Shown in pieces: positions 18,203 to 27,650 of a stretch of DNA of 64,000 nucleotides. Origin of the DNA: Actinomycetota bacterium (GTDB taxonomy: Bacteria; Actinomycetota; Acidimicrobiia; Acidimicrobiales; CADCSY01). The stretch is from positions 73,239 through 137,238 of the forward strand of contig SIRW01000022.1 in the NCBI GenBank assembly GCA_004366205.1. The letters run 5' to 3'. The notes beneath the pieces were generated by a model, which saw only the letters and a program-made list of their open reading frames with translations, searched no databases and was not told the DNA's origin. The number at the start of each line of letters is the position of its first letter. The stretch's first letter is position 1. Made by a program: the position numbers and the translations under genes.

Positions 18203-19537
18203 TCACCCGGAGCGCCGGCGCACCCGCAGCTTCACCGGGGTCGGGCCGAACTCGAAGTGCTCCCGGATCTTGCGCTCGAGGTACCGCAGGTAGGTGCGGG
18301 GCAGCTCGCGGGTCGCGAAGAGCGTGATCGTCGGCGGATCGGTCGCTCCCTGGGTGGCGTACAGCACCCGGCCCCCGGGCGATGGGTGGGCGGCCTGCGC
18401 CGCCTGGATCACGGTGTTGAGCTCGCGGGTCGGGACCCGGCGGCGGTACCCCTCCATGGCGGCGTCGAGCGCGGGCAGCAGCTTGTGGATCGCCTTGCCG
18501 GTGAGGGCGCTGCCCGCCACGACGGGGGCCTCCGGCAGGAAGCCGAGCCGGTCGGCGACCTGGGCGCGCACGGCGGCCCGCTGCTCGGCGTCGAGCAGCT
18601 CCCACTTGTTCAGCAGGAGCACGATCGGCGACCCGGCGGCGTCGATGCGCTCGGCCAGGCGCTGGTCCTGGTGGGACACGCCCTCGGTGGCGTCGATCAC
18701 GAGGATGGCGACGTCGGCGGCGTCGACGGCCCGCAACGCCCGCACCAGCGAGTAGTACTCGGTGCCTTCGTGGATGCGGCTGCGCCGGCGCATGCCGGCG
18801 GTGTCGAGCAGGCGGATGCGGCCCGACGGCGCCTCGATGACGGTGTCGATCGTGTCGCGGGTGGTGCCCGGCATGTCGTGGACGACCGAGCGCTCGTCGC
18901 CGATCAGGCGGTTGAACAGCGTGGACTTGCCGACGTTGGGACGGCCCACGATGGCGACGGACGGCATCGCCGCCTCGGGGCCCGGGACCGGGCCGGGCGC
19001 GGCGGGGCGCAGCTCGAAGGCGCGCTCCTCGTCAGGGCCGGGCTCGGGCAAGCGGGCCACGACCTCGTCGAGCAGGTCGCCCGTCCCGCGGCCGTGCAGG
19101 GCGCTCACCGGCCAGGGGTCGCCGAGGCCGAGGCGGGCGAACTCCCACACGTCGAGGTCGCGGCTGTCGCCGTCGACCTTGTTGGCCACCACGAGCACGG
19201 GCCGGCCGAGGCGGCGGACGACGGCCGCGACGCGGGCGTCCTCCTCGGTGACGCCCACCTCGGTGTCCACGACGAGCAGGAGCAGGTCGGCGGCGGCCAT
19301 CGCCCGCTCGGCCTGCCGGCTGACCTGCTCGTCGATGGCGTCGCCCGAGGCGAGCCAGCCCCCGGTGTCGACCAGCACGAAGCGGCGCCCACCCCACTCG
19401 GCGTCGAGCTCCTTGCGGTCCCGGGTCACCCCGGGCCGCTCCTCGACGATCGCCTCCTGGCGGCCGACGATGCGGTTCAGCAGCGTCGACTTCCCGACGT
19501 TGGGCCGGCCCACGATGGCGACCACCGGCACACCCAC
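18203..19537 (-). CDS. der: Ribosome-biogenesis GTPase Der (EngA)
   Basis: Two G domains (GRPNVGKSTL twice, with DTGG and DTAG) and a KH-like C-terminus. Confidence 0.95.
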   Translation of the reverse strand: MGVPVVAIVGRPNVGKSTLLNRIVGRQEAIVEERPGVTRDRKELDAEWGGRRFVLVDTGGWLASGDAIDEQVSRQAERAMAAADLLLLVVDTEVGVTEEDARVAAVVRRLGRPVLVVANKVDGDSRDLDVWEFARLGLGDPWPVSALHGRGTGDLLDEVVARLPEPGPDEERAFELRPAAPGPVPGPEAAMPSVAIVGRPNVGKSTLFNRLIGDERSVVHDMPGTTRDTIDTVIEAPSGRIRLLDTAGMRRRSRIHEGTEYYSLVRALRAVDAADVAILVIDATEGVSHQDQRLAERIDAAGSPIVLLLNKWELLDAEQRAAVRAQVADRLGFLPEAPVVAGSALTGKAIHKLLPALDAAMEGYRRRVPTRELNTVIQAAQAAHPSPGGRVLYATQGATDPPTITLFATRELPRTYLRYLERKIREHFEFGPTPVKLRVRRRSG

Positions 19538-19546
19538 GCCGGCCGC

Positions 19547-20971
19547 CTAGCCCCCGGACCCGAGCGCCCGGCCCGCCAGGGCGCGCCGGAGCGAGATCCC
19601 GTCGGTGGGGATCACCTCGACCGGGCGGGGCAGGTCGGCCGGGGTCGTGCCGTCGAGGAAGCGGCCGCCCGACAGGCACACGTCGGGCAGCAGGTAGCGG
19701 TGGCCCTCGGGCTCGCCGGCGAGGGTGCGGGCCAGGTCCTCGCCGACCAGCAGGCCGGTCACGGCGATGTTGCCGCCGAAGAACTCGTTGCGGACCGGCA
19801 CGACGCGCACGTCGTCGCGCCCGAGGCGGGCGAGCAGCGGTGCGATGACGCGGGCGCCGTACTCCCCCGTGAGGATCCCCACCGGCGCGTCCCGCCGGGG
19901 CCCGAGCGCCACCGCCACGCTCCGGCCGTCGGGTTCGCCCGGGCCCCCGGGGCCCGGGCCGCAGGCGGCCGCCCGCGGGGCGCGGTAGCCGGCGGCGGGC
20001 GCGCCGTCGACCCAGGCGAAAAACCCGGGCTGCACGCCGATGCCGTGATCGGCCTCGCCCAGGAGCTCGGCCTCGAACGCCCGCGCCATGCCGATGCCGT
20101 CCTCGTGCATGGGGAAGCCCTCGTAGCACTCGGCGGGAGGGAACGGCCGGTCGGCGAGCAGGTGGTACTCGTCGGCGGCGAACACGACGCGGCGACCGAC
20201 CGCCTCGAGGAACGTCGCCTGCCAGCGCTCGGTGGCGTCGAGGACGGCGGCCGCCTCGGCGGGCGTGTGGGGCCGCAGGGTGGCTTCGCGCGAGTGCCGG
20301 CTCACGCCGAGGGGCACGAGGCAGCAGGTGGCGAGCTCGGGGTAGCGGTCGAGCACGCCGGCGAGGGTGTCCTCGAGCACGTCGCCGTCGTTCACGCCCG
20401 GGCACACCACGACCTGGCCGTGCACCTCGATCCCGTGGTCGAGCAGGGCCCGCAGCCAGCGCAGGCTCGTAGCGCCCCGCCGGTTCCGCAGCATCCGGGC
20501 GCGGACGTCGGGATCGGTGGCGTGGATGCTCACGTTCAGCGGCGACAGGCGCTCGGTGACCACCCGCTCCAGGTCGGCCTCGGTGAACCGGGTGAGCGTC
20601 GTGTAGTTCCCGTAGAGGAACGAGAGTCGGTAGTCGTCGTCCTTGGTGTACAGGCTCTTCCGCAGCCCGGGCGGAAGCTGGTAGATGAAGCAGAACTCGC
20701 AGTGGTTGTCGCAGGTGCGGACCTGGTCGAACAGGGCCGACTGCACCTCGACGCCCAGCGGCTCGCCCGCCCGCTTGCGGACCGCCACCTCCACCTCCAC
20801 GCCGCCCCGCAGCAGCGCGACGTCGACGTCGGCCTCGTCGGTGAGCACCCGGTACTCGATCACGTCGCGGGGCGCCCGACCGTTCAGGGTGACGATCTCG
20901 TCGCCCACGGCGACGCCGGCGCGCGCGGCCGGCGACCCGGGCGCGACGGCGACGACGAGCGGGGCGGCCAT
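19547..20971 (-). CDS. PDZ plus radical-SAM-like plus DUF512 protein
   Basis: Contains GSPAARAGVAVGDEIVTLNG (PDZ-like) and CDNHCEFC (CxxxCxxC). The position immediately upstream of der is typical for this family. Confidence 0.8.
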   Translation of the reverse strand: MAAPLVVAVAPGSPAARAGVAVGDEIVTLNGRAPRDVIEYRVLTDEADVDVALLRGGVEVEVAVRKRAGEPLGVEVQSALFDQVRTCDNHCEFCFIYQLPPGLRKSLYTKDDDYRLSFLYGNYTTLTRFTEADLERVVTERLSPLNVSIHATDPDVRARMLRNRRGATSLRWLRALLDHGIEVHGQVVVCPGVNDGDVLEDTLAGVLDRYPELATCCLVPLGVSRHSREATLRPHTPAEAAAVLDATERWQATFLEAVGRRVVFAADEYHLLADRPFPPAECYEGFPMHEDGIGMARAFEAELLGEADHGIGVQPGFFAWVDGAPAAGYRAPRAAACGPGPGGPGEPDGRSVAVALGPRRDAPVGILTGEYGARVIAPLLARLGRDDVRVVPVRNEFFGGNIAVTGLLVGEDLARTLAGEPEGHRYLLPDVCLSGGRFLDGTTPADLPRPVEVIPTDGISLRRALAGRALGSGG

Positions 20972-20977
20972 CCGACG

Positions 20978-20983
20978 ATTCTA
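20978..20983 (-). promoter_or_regulatory. Candidate -10 box TAGAAT, 6 nt upstream of ATG 20971 (leaderless-type)
   Basis: The minus strand reads cgTAGAATcgtcggATGGCC. Confidence 0.45.
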
Positions 20984-21034
20984 CGGGGCCGACCCACGAG
21001 GAACCCCAGCCGCGCCGGTAGCCTGAGGGCTCCG

Positions 21035-22066
21035 ATGGACGTCGACCGTGTGCTCCTGGCCGCACCCCGAGGCTTCTGCGCCGGGGTCGAGATGGCCATC
21101 AAGGCCCTGGCCTGGATGGTGCGGGCCTTCGACCCGCCCGTGTACTGCTACCACGAGATCGTCCACAACCAGGTCGTGGTCGACCGCTTCCGCGACCTGG
21201 GCGTGGTGTTCGTCGACGACGTGTCCGAGGTCCCCGAGGGCGCGCCGCTCATGCTGTCGGCCCACGGGTCCGCGCCCGAGGTCGTCACCACCGCCCGGGA
21301 GCGGGCCGGCTACCTGGTGGACGCCGTCTGCCCGCTCGTCACCAAGGTCCACCACGAGGTGAAGCGCCGGGCCGGCGAGGGCTACACGATCGTGTACGTC
21401 GGCCACGAGGGCCATGACGAGGCCGTGGGCACGATGGCCGTGGCGCCCGACGCCGTGCGCCTCGTCGAGACCGTCGACGACGTGGCGACGCTGCCCGATC
21501 CCGGCCAGCCCGTGGCCCTCCTGGCCCAGACCACGCTGTCGCACCGCGACTGGCAGGGCGTGCTCGACGCGACCCGGCAGCGCTTCCCCGACGTGTGGGT
21601 GCCGGGCCGCAGCGACCTGTGCTTCGCCACGACCAACCGCCAGTCGGCGCTGGTGCAGATCGCGCCCCGCTGCGACGCCATGGTGGTGATCGGCTCGGCG
21701 AACTCGTCGAACACGCTGGCCCTCGAGCGGGTCGCCCGCGAGGCGGGCTGCCCCCGTGTCCACCGGGTGAACAGCGCGGACGAGCTGCCCGATGACCTCG
21801 CCGGCACGGTCGGCGTCACCGCCGGCGCCTCGGCCCCCGAGGAGCTCGTCGAGCAGGTGCTGGCCCGCCTCGCCCCGCGCGAGGGCGTCGAGGTGGCGGC
21901 CTACACCACCGAGGAGGAGTACTTCCCTCCGCCCCGCGAGCTGCGCCAGCTGGTGCAGGCGGTGGGCGCCGTCGCCGCGCTCGGCCTCGGCGCGCCCGCT
22001 CCGTCGCCGTCCGCCGCGTCCGACCGCGACCTGCCCGCCAGCGCCGTCCTCGCCGCCCTGGCCTGA
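21035..22066 (+). CDS. ispH: 4-hydroxy-3-methylbut-2-enyl diphosphate reductase
   Basis: Tail of track ORF 18257..22066. Contains PRGFCAGVEMAI, YHEIVHNQ, CPLVTKVH and GSANSSNT. ATG 21035 is preceded by GAGGG. Confidence 0.93.
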   Translation: MDVDRVLLAAPRGFCAGVEMAIKALAWMVRAFDPPVYCYHEIVHNQVVVDRFRDLGVVFVDDVSEVPEGAPLMLSAHGSAPEVVTTARERAGYLVDAVCPLVTKVHHEVKRRAGEGYTIVYVGHEGHDEAVGTMAVAPDAVRLVETVDDVATLPDPGQPVALLAQTTLSHRDWQGVLDATRQRFPDVWVPGRSDLCFATTNRQSALVQIAPRCDAMVVIGSANSSNTLALERVAREAGCPRVHRVNSADELPDDLAGTVGVTAGASAPEELVEQVLARLAPREGVEVAAYTTEEEYFPPPRELRQLVQAVGAVAALGLGAPAPSPSAASDRDLPASAVLAALA

Positions 22067-22100
22067 GCCGACCGCCCCCGGTCCCGGCACCGGCGCCGCG

Positions 22101-22160
22101 CCTCCCGTTCCGGGTACCCCACGTCTCACCCCGGTGAGACCACAGCCACCCAGAACCGGT
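22101..22160. repeat. Copy A of a 60-nt structured intergenic element (paired with 51561..51620)
   Basis: Ungapped alignment to copy B gives 48/60 identities. Inner hairpin gtctcac-cccg-gtgagac (22123-22140). Outer pairing gttccgggt (22107-22115) with acccagaac (22148-22156), 8 of 9 bp. Confidence 0.75.
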
Positions 22161-22221
22161 GGAGGTGGGGGCGGCGAGGTGGGGTCGGCGCCGTGGGGTT
22201 CGGGACGGCGGCGCGCTCGCG

Positions 22222-22887
22222 CTAGCCCCGGGGGGGGTTGGGGGAGCCGGCGGCGGCCTGGGCCTGGTCGAAGAGGCGTTGCAGCTCGGCATGGAGCTGC
22301 TCGGTCAGCTCGCGGACGGCGCGGCGCGGTACCCGGCCCCCGTCGGGCCGGGCTTCGGGGTGCAGGGGCGGACCGACGACGACGGCCACCTTCACGGGGC
22401 GGACGAGCTTGGAGCCCTTTCTCATGGCCCGCTCGCTGCCGCCGATGCCCACCGGCACGATCGGCACGCCCAGCCGGGCAGCGAGGTAGGCGGCGCCGTC
22501 GAAGAGGGGCTGCACCTCGGGGCCTGACTGCCGGGTGCCCTCCGGGAACAGCACCAGGGGCTCGCCGGCCTCGAGCACGGCCTGGCTCTGGCGCAGCGCC
22601 TCGCGGTCGGCGGTGCCCCGGTGCACCGGGAAGGCGCCCAGCGCCTCGACCAGCCAGCCGAAGGCCTTCACCTTCCACAGCGAGTCCTTGGCCATGAACC
22701 GGATCCGGCGCCGGGTGATGGTGGGCACCACGAACACGTCGATGTTCGAGCGGTGCACCGGCGCGATGATGTACGCGCCCGTCGGTGGCACGTGCTCCCG
22801 CCCCCGCACCGACACCCGCCAGTAGAGGCGGACGAGGCTCACCCCGAGGGGCCGCAGCAGGCTGAAGAGCCACCCGCCGCGCGTCAC
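22222..22887 (-). CDS. plsC: 1-acyl-sn-glycerol-3-phosphate acyltransferase
   Basis: Motifs HRSNID (HX4D) and FPEGTR. GTG 22887 overlaps the cmk TGA (GTGA). Confidence 0.88.
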   Translation of the reverse strand: MTRGGWLFSLLRPLGVSLVRLYWRVSVRGREHVPPTGAYIIAPVHRSNIDVFVVPTITRRRIRFMAKDSLWKVKAFGWLVEALGAFPVHRGTADREALRQSQAVLEAGEPLVLFPEGTRQSGPEVQPLFDGAAYLAARLGVPIVPVGIGGSERAMRKGSKLVRPVKVAVVVGPPLHPEARPDGGRVPRRAVRELTEQLHAELQRLFDQAQAAAGSPNPPRG

Positions 22888-23513
22888 AGGGCCGCCCGCA
22901 GCTCGGCGACGATCTCCTCCACGGTCCGGTCGCTGGTGTCGACGACCACGGCGTCGGGTGCCATCCGCAGCGGGTCGACGGCCCGCTCGCTGTCGACGCT
23001 GTCGCGCCGGGCCATGTCTGCGGCCACGGTCTCGTACTCCATCTCGCTGACCTCCCGGTGCCGCCGGGCGGCGCGCACCTCCAGCCGGGCGGTGAGGTAC
23101 GCCTTCAGGCGGGCGTCGGGGAACACGACCGTGCCGATGTCGCGGCCCTCGATGACGCCGCCCCCGCGCGCCCGGGCCCACTCGCGCTGGCGGCGGCGCA
23201 GCTCCTCCCGCACGGCGGCGTTGGCGGCGACCACGCTCACCGCCCGGGTCACCTCCGGGCCCCGGATCTCGATGCTGGCGTCGACCCCGTCCACGACGAC
23301 CGCGTCGTCGCTCACGTCGATCTGGAGCTCGGGTACGAGGGCGGCGACGTCGGCCTCGTCGGCGGGGTCCATGCCCCGGCGCAGCACGGCGAACGCCACG
23401 GCCCGGTACATGGCGCCGGTGTCGAGGTAGTCGAGGCCCAGCTCGGCGGCGAGGGTGCGGGCGACGGTCGACTTCCCCGACCCCGCCGGGCCGTCGATGG
23501 CGATCACGTCCAT
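22884..23513 (-). CDS. cmk: Cytidylate kinase
   Basis: Contains IAIDGPAGSGKST and LDTGAMYRA. Confidence 0.93.
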   Translation of the reverse strand: MDVIAIDGPAGSGKSTVARTLAAELGLDYLDTGAMYRAVAFAVLRRGMDPADEADVAALVPELQIDVSDDAVVVDGVDASIEIRGPEVTRAVSVVAANAAVREELRRRQREWARARGGGVIEGRDIGTVVFPDARLKAYLTARLEVRAARRHREVSEMEYETVAADMARRDSVDSERAVDPLRMAPDAVVVDTSDRTVEEIVAELRAAL

Positions 23514-23526
23514 GCGGGCGCGAACC

Positions 23527-24819
23527 CTACTGCCGGGCCTCCCCTGACCCCGAACGCAGCGAGTCGAGGGTGTCCCAGAACCCGGGGAAGGTCTTGTCCA
23601 CGCACCCGGGGTCGGCGATGGCGATGCCGGGGGCCCGCAGACCGAGCAGGGCGAAGCTCATCGCCATCCGGTGGTCGTCGTAGGTCTGGACCGTCGCCGG
23701 TCGGGGCGTCCCGGGGTGCACCACGAAGCCGTCGTCGGTCTCCTCGGCCTCGATGCCGCACCGGCGCAGCTCGGCGACGGGGTGGGCGATGCGGTCGGTC
23801 TCCTTGGCCCGGATGAACCCGATGCCCCGCACACGGGTGGGCGACGACGCGAACACCGCCACCACGGCGAGGGTCTGGGCGGTGTCGCTCAGGCCGGCGA
23901 GGTCCACGTCGATCCCCTCCAGCGGGCCCACGCCCTCCACCTCGGTCCACTCGTCGGTGCGGCGGACCACCGCGCCCATGCGCTCGAGCACGTCGACGAA
24001 CCCGAGATCGCCCTGGAGCGACCCGGTGCCCAGGCCCGGGACCCGCACCCGCCCTCCGCACACGGCTGCGGCGGCGAAGAAGTACGACGCCGCCGAGGCG
24101 TCGGGCTCGATGACGTAGGTGCGGCTCCGGTACGAACCCGGCGCCACGGCGAACCGGCCCGGTCCGGGCTGCTCGACCGTGGCGCCGAAGGCCGTCATGA
24201 CGGCCGCGGTCATGGCGACGTAGGGCTCGGACACCAGCCGGCCCGGCACCGAGACGTCGAGGCCTTCCGGCATGCACGGCGCCGCCAGCATGAGACCGGA
24301 CGCGAACTGGCTGGACACGCCGCCCGGCACGGCGACCGCGCCGCCCCGGAGTGGGCCGCCGCTCACGGTCACCGGCAGGTGCCCCCTGACCCCGGCCTCG
24401 GTGACGGCGACGCCGAGCGACCGCAGCGCCTCGAGGGCCGGTCCCATGGGCCGGCGCCGCAGCGGCGCCCGGCCGTCGAGGCGGTACGGGCCGGGGCCCA
24501 TGGCGGCGACCGGCAGCACGAAGCGCGCCGTCGTCCCGGACAGGCGGGCGTCGAGGGTGGCCGGACCCGGGGCGAGCCGCCCACCGGTCCCCGCCACGGT
24601 CCAGCGGTCACCGGCCCGGGCCACCCGGGCGCCGAGGCGCGTCAGGCACCCGACCATGGCTTCGGTGTCGTCGGCGGTGAGGGCGCCCTCGAGCGTGCTC
24701 GTGCCGGCGGCGAGCGTGGCGACCACCAGGGCCCGGTTCGTCAGGCTCTTCGACCCCGGCAGGGTCACCTCGGCGTCGAGCGGCCCGTCGAGCGGTTCGA
24801 CGCGCCGAGCGGCGCTCAC
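23527..24819 (-). CDS. aroA: 3-phosphoshikimate 1-carboxyvinyltransferase (EPSP synthase)
   Basis: Contains LPGSKSLTNRAL, length 430 aa, and the C-terminal DHRMAMSFALLGL. Confidence 0.93.
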   Translation of the reverse strand: MSAARRVEPLDGPLDAEVTLPGSKSLTNRALVVATLAAGTSTLEGALTADDTEAMVGCLTRLGARVARAGDRWTVAGTGGRLAPGPATLDARLSGTTARFVLPVAAMGPGPYRLDGRAPLRRRPMGPALEALRSLGVAVTEAGVRGHLPVTVSGGPLRGGAVAVPGGVSSQFASGLMLAAPCMPEGLDVSVPGRLVSEPYVAMTAAVMTAFGATVEQPGPGRFAVAPGSYRSRTYVIEPDASAASYFFAAAAVCGGRVRVPGLGTGSLQGDLGFVDVLERMGAVVRRTDEWTEVEGVGPLEGIDVDLAGLSDTAQTLAVVAVFASSPTRVRGIGFIRAKETDRIAHPVAELRRCGIEAEETDDGFVVHPGTPRPATVQTYDDHRMAMSFALLGLRAPGIAIADPGCVDKTFPGFWDTLDSLRSGSGEARQ

Positions 24820-24895
24820 CGCCCGCCTCCCGCGACGCGCCGACGGGTCACACCGAGTACCCGCGGACGCCGGCCCGGCACCACGCCCACGGCCG

Positions 24896-25957
24896 TCACT
24901 CCAGCGGGCTCACGGCCGGGCGGTACCCGCGGGCGACCAGGCCGCCCCGCAGGCGCTCGGCCCGGTCGGCCTCGACCAGCAGCAGCACCACGCCCGAGGC
25001 GCCCTCGGCCGAGTGGGCGATCTCGAGGTCGGCGATGTTGACCTCGAGCTCGGTGGCCAGGGTGGTGATCTCGGCCAGCACGCCGGGACGGTCCGGCACC
25101 GGCACCCGCACCTCCACGACATCGCCCGCCCGGGCGATCCGGGGCGGCAGGTTCAGCCGGGCCCTGCGGGCCCGCTCGAGCGCGCCGAGCAGGCCGTCCC
25201 GGTCGGCGGCCGACACCCGCTGGCGCAGCTCCTCGAGCGACGCCACCAGGGCGCCGAGCGCCTCCACGATCGCCTCCCGGTTCTCGGCGCAGATGTCGGG
25301 CCAGATGCCGGGGTGCCCGGCTGCCACCCTTGTCATGTCGCGGAACCCGCCGGCGGCCAGGCGCAAGAGGGCTCGGTGGTCCTCGGCCCGCTCCGCGGCG
25401 ACGGACATCAGCGCGGCGGCCGTCAGGTGGGGCACGTGGGACACGACGGCCACCAGGGTGTCGTGGGCCTCGGGGCTCAGCTCGAGGACCTCCGCTCCGA
25501 GCGACGAGACCACCGAGCGCACCAGGGCGTGCGCCGAGGGGTCGGTGCCGGCGACCGGCGTGAGCACCCAGACGGCGCCGGCGAACAGCTCGGGATCGGC
25601 GCCGTCCACCCCCTCCTGCTCCGACCCGGCCATGGGGTGCCCGCCGACGAAGCGGGGGTCGTCGACGGCGCCCACGATGGGCGCCTTCACCGAGCCCACG
25701 TCGGTGACGACCCCGTCCCCGCCGGCCAGCACCGCCCGGACGGCTCCGGCCACCGCCCCGACGGGGGTGGCCACGAACGTGACCTCCGCCTCGTGATCGG
25801 TCCCCACGGCGTCGAGGGCGCCGAGGTGAAGGGCCCGGGCGGCCCGTCCCTCGTCGTGGTCGGTGCCGGTCACGTGCCAGCCCCGCGCCCGCAGGGCCAG
25901 CCCGATGGAGCCGCCGATCAGCCCGGTGCCGACGATGCCGGCCCGTCGCGCCGCCAT
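24896..25957 (-). CDS. tyrA: Prephenate dehydrogenase with a C-terminal ACT-like domain
   Basis: Contains IVGTGLIGGSIG and FVGGHPMAG. ATG 25957 shares 1 nt with the aroH TGA (TGATG). Confidence 0.88.
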   Translation of the reverse strand: MAARRAGIVGTGLIGGSIGLALRARGWHVTGTDHDEGRAARALHLGALDAVGTDHEAEVTFVATPVGAVAGAVRAVLAGGDGVVTDVGSVKAPIVGAVDDPRFVGGHPMAGSEQEGVDGADPELFAGAVWVLTPVAGTDPSAHALVRSVVSSLGAEVLELSPEAHDTLVAVVSHVPHLTAAALMSVAAERAEDHRALLRLAAGGFRDMTRVAAGHPGIWPDICAENREAIVEALGALVASLEELRQRVSAADRDGLLGALERARRARLNLPPRIARAGDVVEVRVPVPDRPGVLAEITTLATELEVNIADLEIAHSAEGASGVVLLLVEADRAERLRGGLVARGYRPAVSPLE

Positions 25958-26325
25958 CAGCCCGGCAGGTCGTCGCGCAGGCCCCGGGCCCCTTCGAGGT
26001 ACACGTGGCGCAGCTCGTCGCGGGCGCGCTCGGTGGTGAGGTGCATCAGGACCCGGATGCAGCGGGGCGTCCCCCCGGTGATGTCCAGCTCGCGGGCGCA
26101 GAGCAGGGGGACGTCGCCCAGGCCGATGGCCCGGGCCGCCGCCGCCGGGAACTCGGCGTGAACGTCGTCGGTGGCCGTGAACACGATGCTGATGAGGTCG
26201 TCGTGGTCGACCCCGTTGCGCGCGAGCATCTCGCGGAGCAGGGCCTGCACCCGCTCGTGGATGGCGTCGCTGGTGTCCTCGTCGACGGTGGTGGCGCCCC
26301 GAAGGGCCCGGACTGCGGCAGGCAC
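25957..26325 (-). CDS. aroH: AroH-type chorismate mutase
   Basis: Contains VRALRGATTVDEDT, FPAAAARA, CIRVLMH and RHVYLEGARGLRDDL. GTG 26325. Confidence 0.85.
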   Translation of the reverse strand: MPAAVRALRGATTVDEDTSDAIHERVQALLREMLARNGVDHDDLISIVFTATDDVHAEFPAAAARAIGLGDVPLLCARELDITGGTPRCIRVLMHLTTERARDELRHVYLEGARGLRDDLPG

Positions 26326-26353
26326 GGCCGCGCATGCTACCGCCGGGGGGCGC

Positions 26354-27076
26354 TCAGTCCGCGCCCCGTATCGCCCGTTCGAGCGCCCGCACCTCGTCCT
26401 GGCGGAGGGGGCGCCACCGTCCCGGGCGCAGCGTCCGGTCGGTGACGGGCCCGATGCGGGTCCGCACGAGCCGCACGACGGGGTGGCCCACCGCCTCGCA
26501 CATGCGCCGCACCTGGCGGTTGCGGCCCTCGTGGATCGTGATGCGCAGCAGGTTGGGGGCGACCCGCCCCACCTTGGCGGGGCTGGTGCGCCCGTCCTCC
26601 AGGTCGACCCCCTCCCGCAGCCGGCGCAGCGCCGCCCGCCCGGGCTCGCCCCGGACCTCGGCCAGGTACTCCTTTTCGACCCCGAACGACGGGTGGGTGA
26701 GCCGGTGCGTGAGCTCACCGTCGTTGGTGAGCAGCAGCAGCCCCTCGGTGTCGGCGTCGAGCCGGCCGACGGGGTGCACCCTCGGCTCGGGCGGCACGAG
26801 CGACACCACCGTCGGCCGCCCCTGCGGGTCGTGGGCGGTGGTGACGACGCCCCGGGGCTTGTTCAGCAGGTAGTGCACCAGTCCGGCGCGCACACCGATG
26901 GGCACCCCGTCGACCTCGATGCGGTCGTGCTCGGGATCGACCCTCGCCCCCAGGACGGCGACGGCGCCGTTCACCGTGACCCGGCCGGCGGCGATCAGCG
27001 CCTCGCACGATCGCCGGCTGCCCAGCCCGGCCCGGGCGAGCACCTTCTGGAGCCGGTCGCCCGACCCCGCGCTCAC
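26354..27076 (-). CDS. rluB: Pseudouridine synthase, RluB/RsuA family
   Basis: S4 domain RLQKVLARAGLGSRR and catalytic RLDADTEGLLLLTNDGE. GTG 27076 overlaps the scpB TGA. Confidence 0.9.
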   Translation of the reverse strand: MSAGSGDRLQKVLARAGLGSRRSCEALIAAGRVTVNGAVAVLGARVDPEHDRIEVDGVPIGVRAGLVHYLLNKPRGVVTTAHDPQGRPTVVSLVPPEPRVHPVGRLDADTEGLLLLTNDGELTHRLTHPSFGVEKEYLAEVRGEPGRAALRRLREGVDLEDGRTSPAKVGRVAPNLLRITIHEGRNRQVRRMCEAVGHPVVRLVRTRIGPVTDRTLRPGRWRPLRQDEVRALERAIRGAD

Positions 27077-27639
27077 TCGGTGGGCGCCCGCAGGCCCTGC
27101 TCGAGCGCCTCGACCACGTCGGCGCCGGGCACGAAGTCGCCGAGGGGGGGCAGGTCGTCGAGGCTGTCGATGCCGAGCTTCTCGCAGAACAGCGGGGTGG
27201 TCCCGAACAGCACGGCCTGGCCGGGACCGGGGTCTCGGCCGACCTCGGCGATGTAGCCCCGGTGCACGAGCGTCCGCATCACCCCGTCGACGTTGACGCC
27301 CCGGATGGCCGCCACCTGGGCCCGGGAGACGGGCTGCTTGTAGGCGACGATGGCGAGGGTCTCGAGGGCGGCGGCCGACAGGCGGGCCGACTGGCCCTCG
27401 AGCACGAAGCGCTCCACGTAGGCGGCGAGGTCGGGGTGGCTGGCGAACCGCCACCCGCCCGCCACGCGCACGAGCTGGAACCCGCGGCCTTCGGCCTCGT
27501 ACCGGTCGCGCAGGGCGACGAGCTCGGCCTCGACGGCGTCGGGACCGACCTCGAGCAACTGGCCGAGGAGCTGCGGGGGCACGGGCTCCTCGGCGACCAT
27601 CAGCACGGCCTCGAGCGCCCGGCGTACCTCGTCGGTCAC
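27073..27639 (-). CDS. scpB: Segregation and condensation protein B
   Basis: Contains LEAVLMVAEEPV, LSAAALETLAIVAYKQPVSRAQV and IRGVNVDGVMRTL. Confidence 0.9.
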   Translation of the reverse strand: MTDEVRRALEAVLMVAEEPVPPQLLGQLLEVGPDAVEAELVALRDRYEAEGRGFQLVRVAGGWRFASHPDLAAYVERFVLEGQSARLSAAALETLAIVAYKQPVSRAQVAAIRGVNVDGVMRTLVHRGYIAEVGRDPGPGQAVLFGTTPLFCEKLGIDSLDDLPPLGDFVPGADVVEALEQGLRAPTE

Positions 27640-27650
27640 GGGCCCGGCCC

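Noticed and set aside
18257-22066. 1269-aa plus-strand ORF in the track
   Set aside because: Only the last 343 codons (ispH) look like protein. The rest is Arg/Gly/Ala/Pro-rich and antisense to clearly recognisable der and DUF512 genes. This is the typical open antisense frame of high-GC DNA.
22101-22160. Assignment of the 60-nt element to a known actinobacterial sRNA such as 6C RNA
   Set aside because: It lacks the paired C-rich loops of 6C, and I cannot match it to any family from memory. It is reported as an unclassified element instead.
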